Shown: positions 63,647 to 64,000 of the stretch, piece by piece
Position numbering within the stretch: position 1 is the stretch's first letter
How the letters are laid out: each line of letters opens with the position of its first letter
Assembly: GCF_004010195.1 (NCBI RefSeq)
Contig: NC_057716.1
Coordinates: forward strand, 6,344,899 to 6,408,898
Length of the DNA: 64,000 nucleotides
DNA from: Chiloscyllium plagiosum
Lineage: Eukaryota
Reading direction: 5' to 3'
Position numbers and translations under genes: made by a program
Notes under the pieces: generated by a model
The model's database searches: none
What the model was told of the DNA's origin: nothing
What the model saw: the letters and a program-made list of their open reading frames with translations, nothing else

Positions 63647-64000
63647 CTGTAAGATAGGTCTCAATACAGTGATTTATACAAATAAAAATGGAAAACATTC
63701 TATTGTACGTTTGAAATCATAGGAGACTGTATTCTCATGGAAAGTTTGGGTAAATCTCAAACCTTTACAGATAAATTTTCAATCTAACCATTTTAAGCAT
63801 TTTCTCTTCTTGTCCACTGTTAACTGTATTTCTTCCCATACAGTATCTCATTAAGAACAGATGATTGGTTCTCAAACTTCTGCCAATATTTAGCTTGATC
63901 TATTTGTTAGTTATATACATATATGTGTGGAGTCCATCTTAGCTTTTAATATGGAATTGAAAGGATGAATGCAATTGTCTACAAGTAATGGGGATTAGAA

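Overview
This is eukaryotic vertebrate genomic DNA, very probably from a shark or other elasmobranch, judged by HE1-type V-SINEs and shark-type CR1, Rex1 and Penelope repeats. It is syntenic with the human 2q33.1 cluster. The window holds SF3B1 exon 1 (-), a complete COQ10B (+; 5 coding exons, 235 aa), a complete HSPD1/HSP60 (-; 11 coding exons, 574 aa) and a complete HSPE1/HSP10 (+; 4 coding exons, 102 aa). HSPD1 and HSPE1 share a head-to-head promoter with a heat-shock element. The last exon of RFTN2 (-) lies at the right end. MOB4, which sits between HSPE1 and RFTN2 in mammals, was not seen. Introns and intergenic DNA are full of CR1/L2, Rex1, SINE and Penelope-like (PLE) repeats, and there is one 557-N assembly gap. 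The most interesting unannotated signal is a family of short Penelope-derived insertions carrying minimal hammerhead-ribozyme cores (CUGANGA...GAAAC-GUC). Several form fold-backs, and one brackets an inverted 132-bp copy of nearby intronic DNA between two ribozyme-bearing ends within a 15-bp target-site duplication (TSD). All calls come from reading the sequence by eye, and human comparisons are from memory; no searches were run. I found no evidence of a wholly new protein-coding system.
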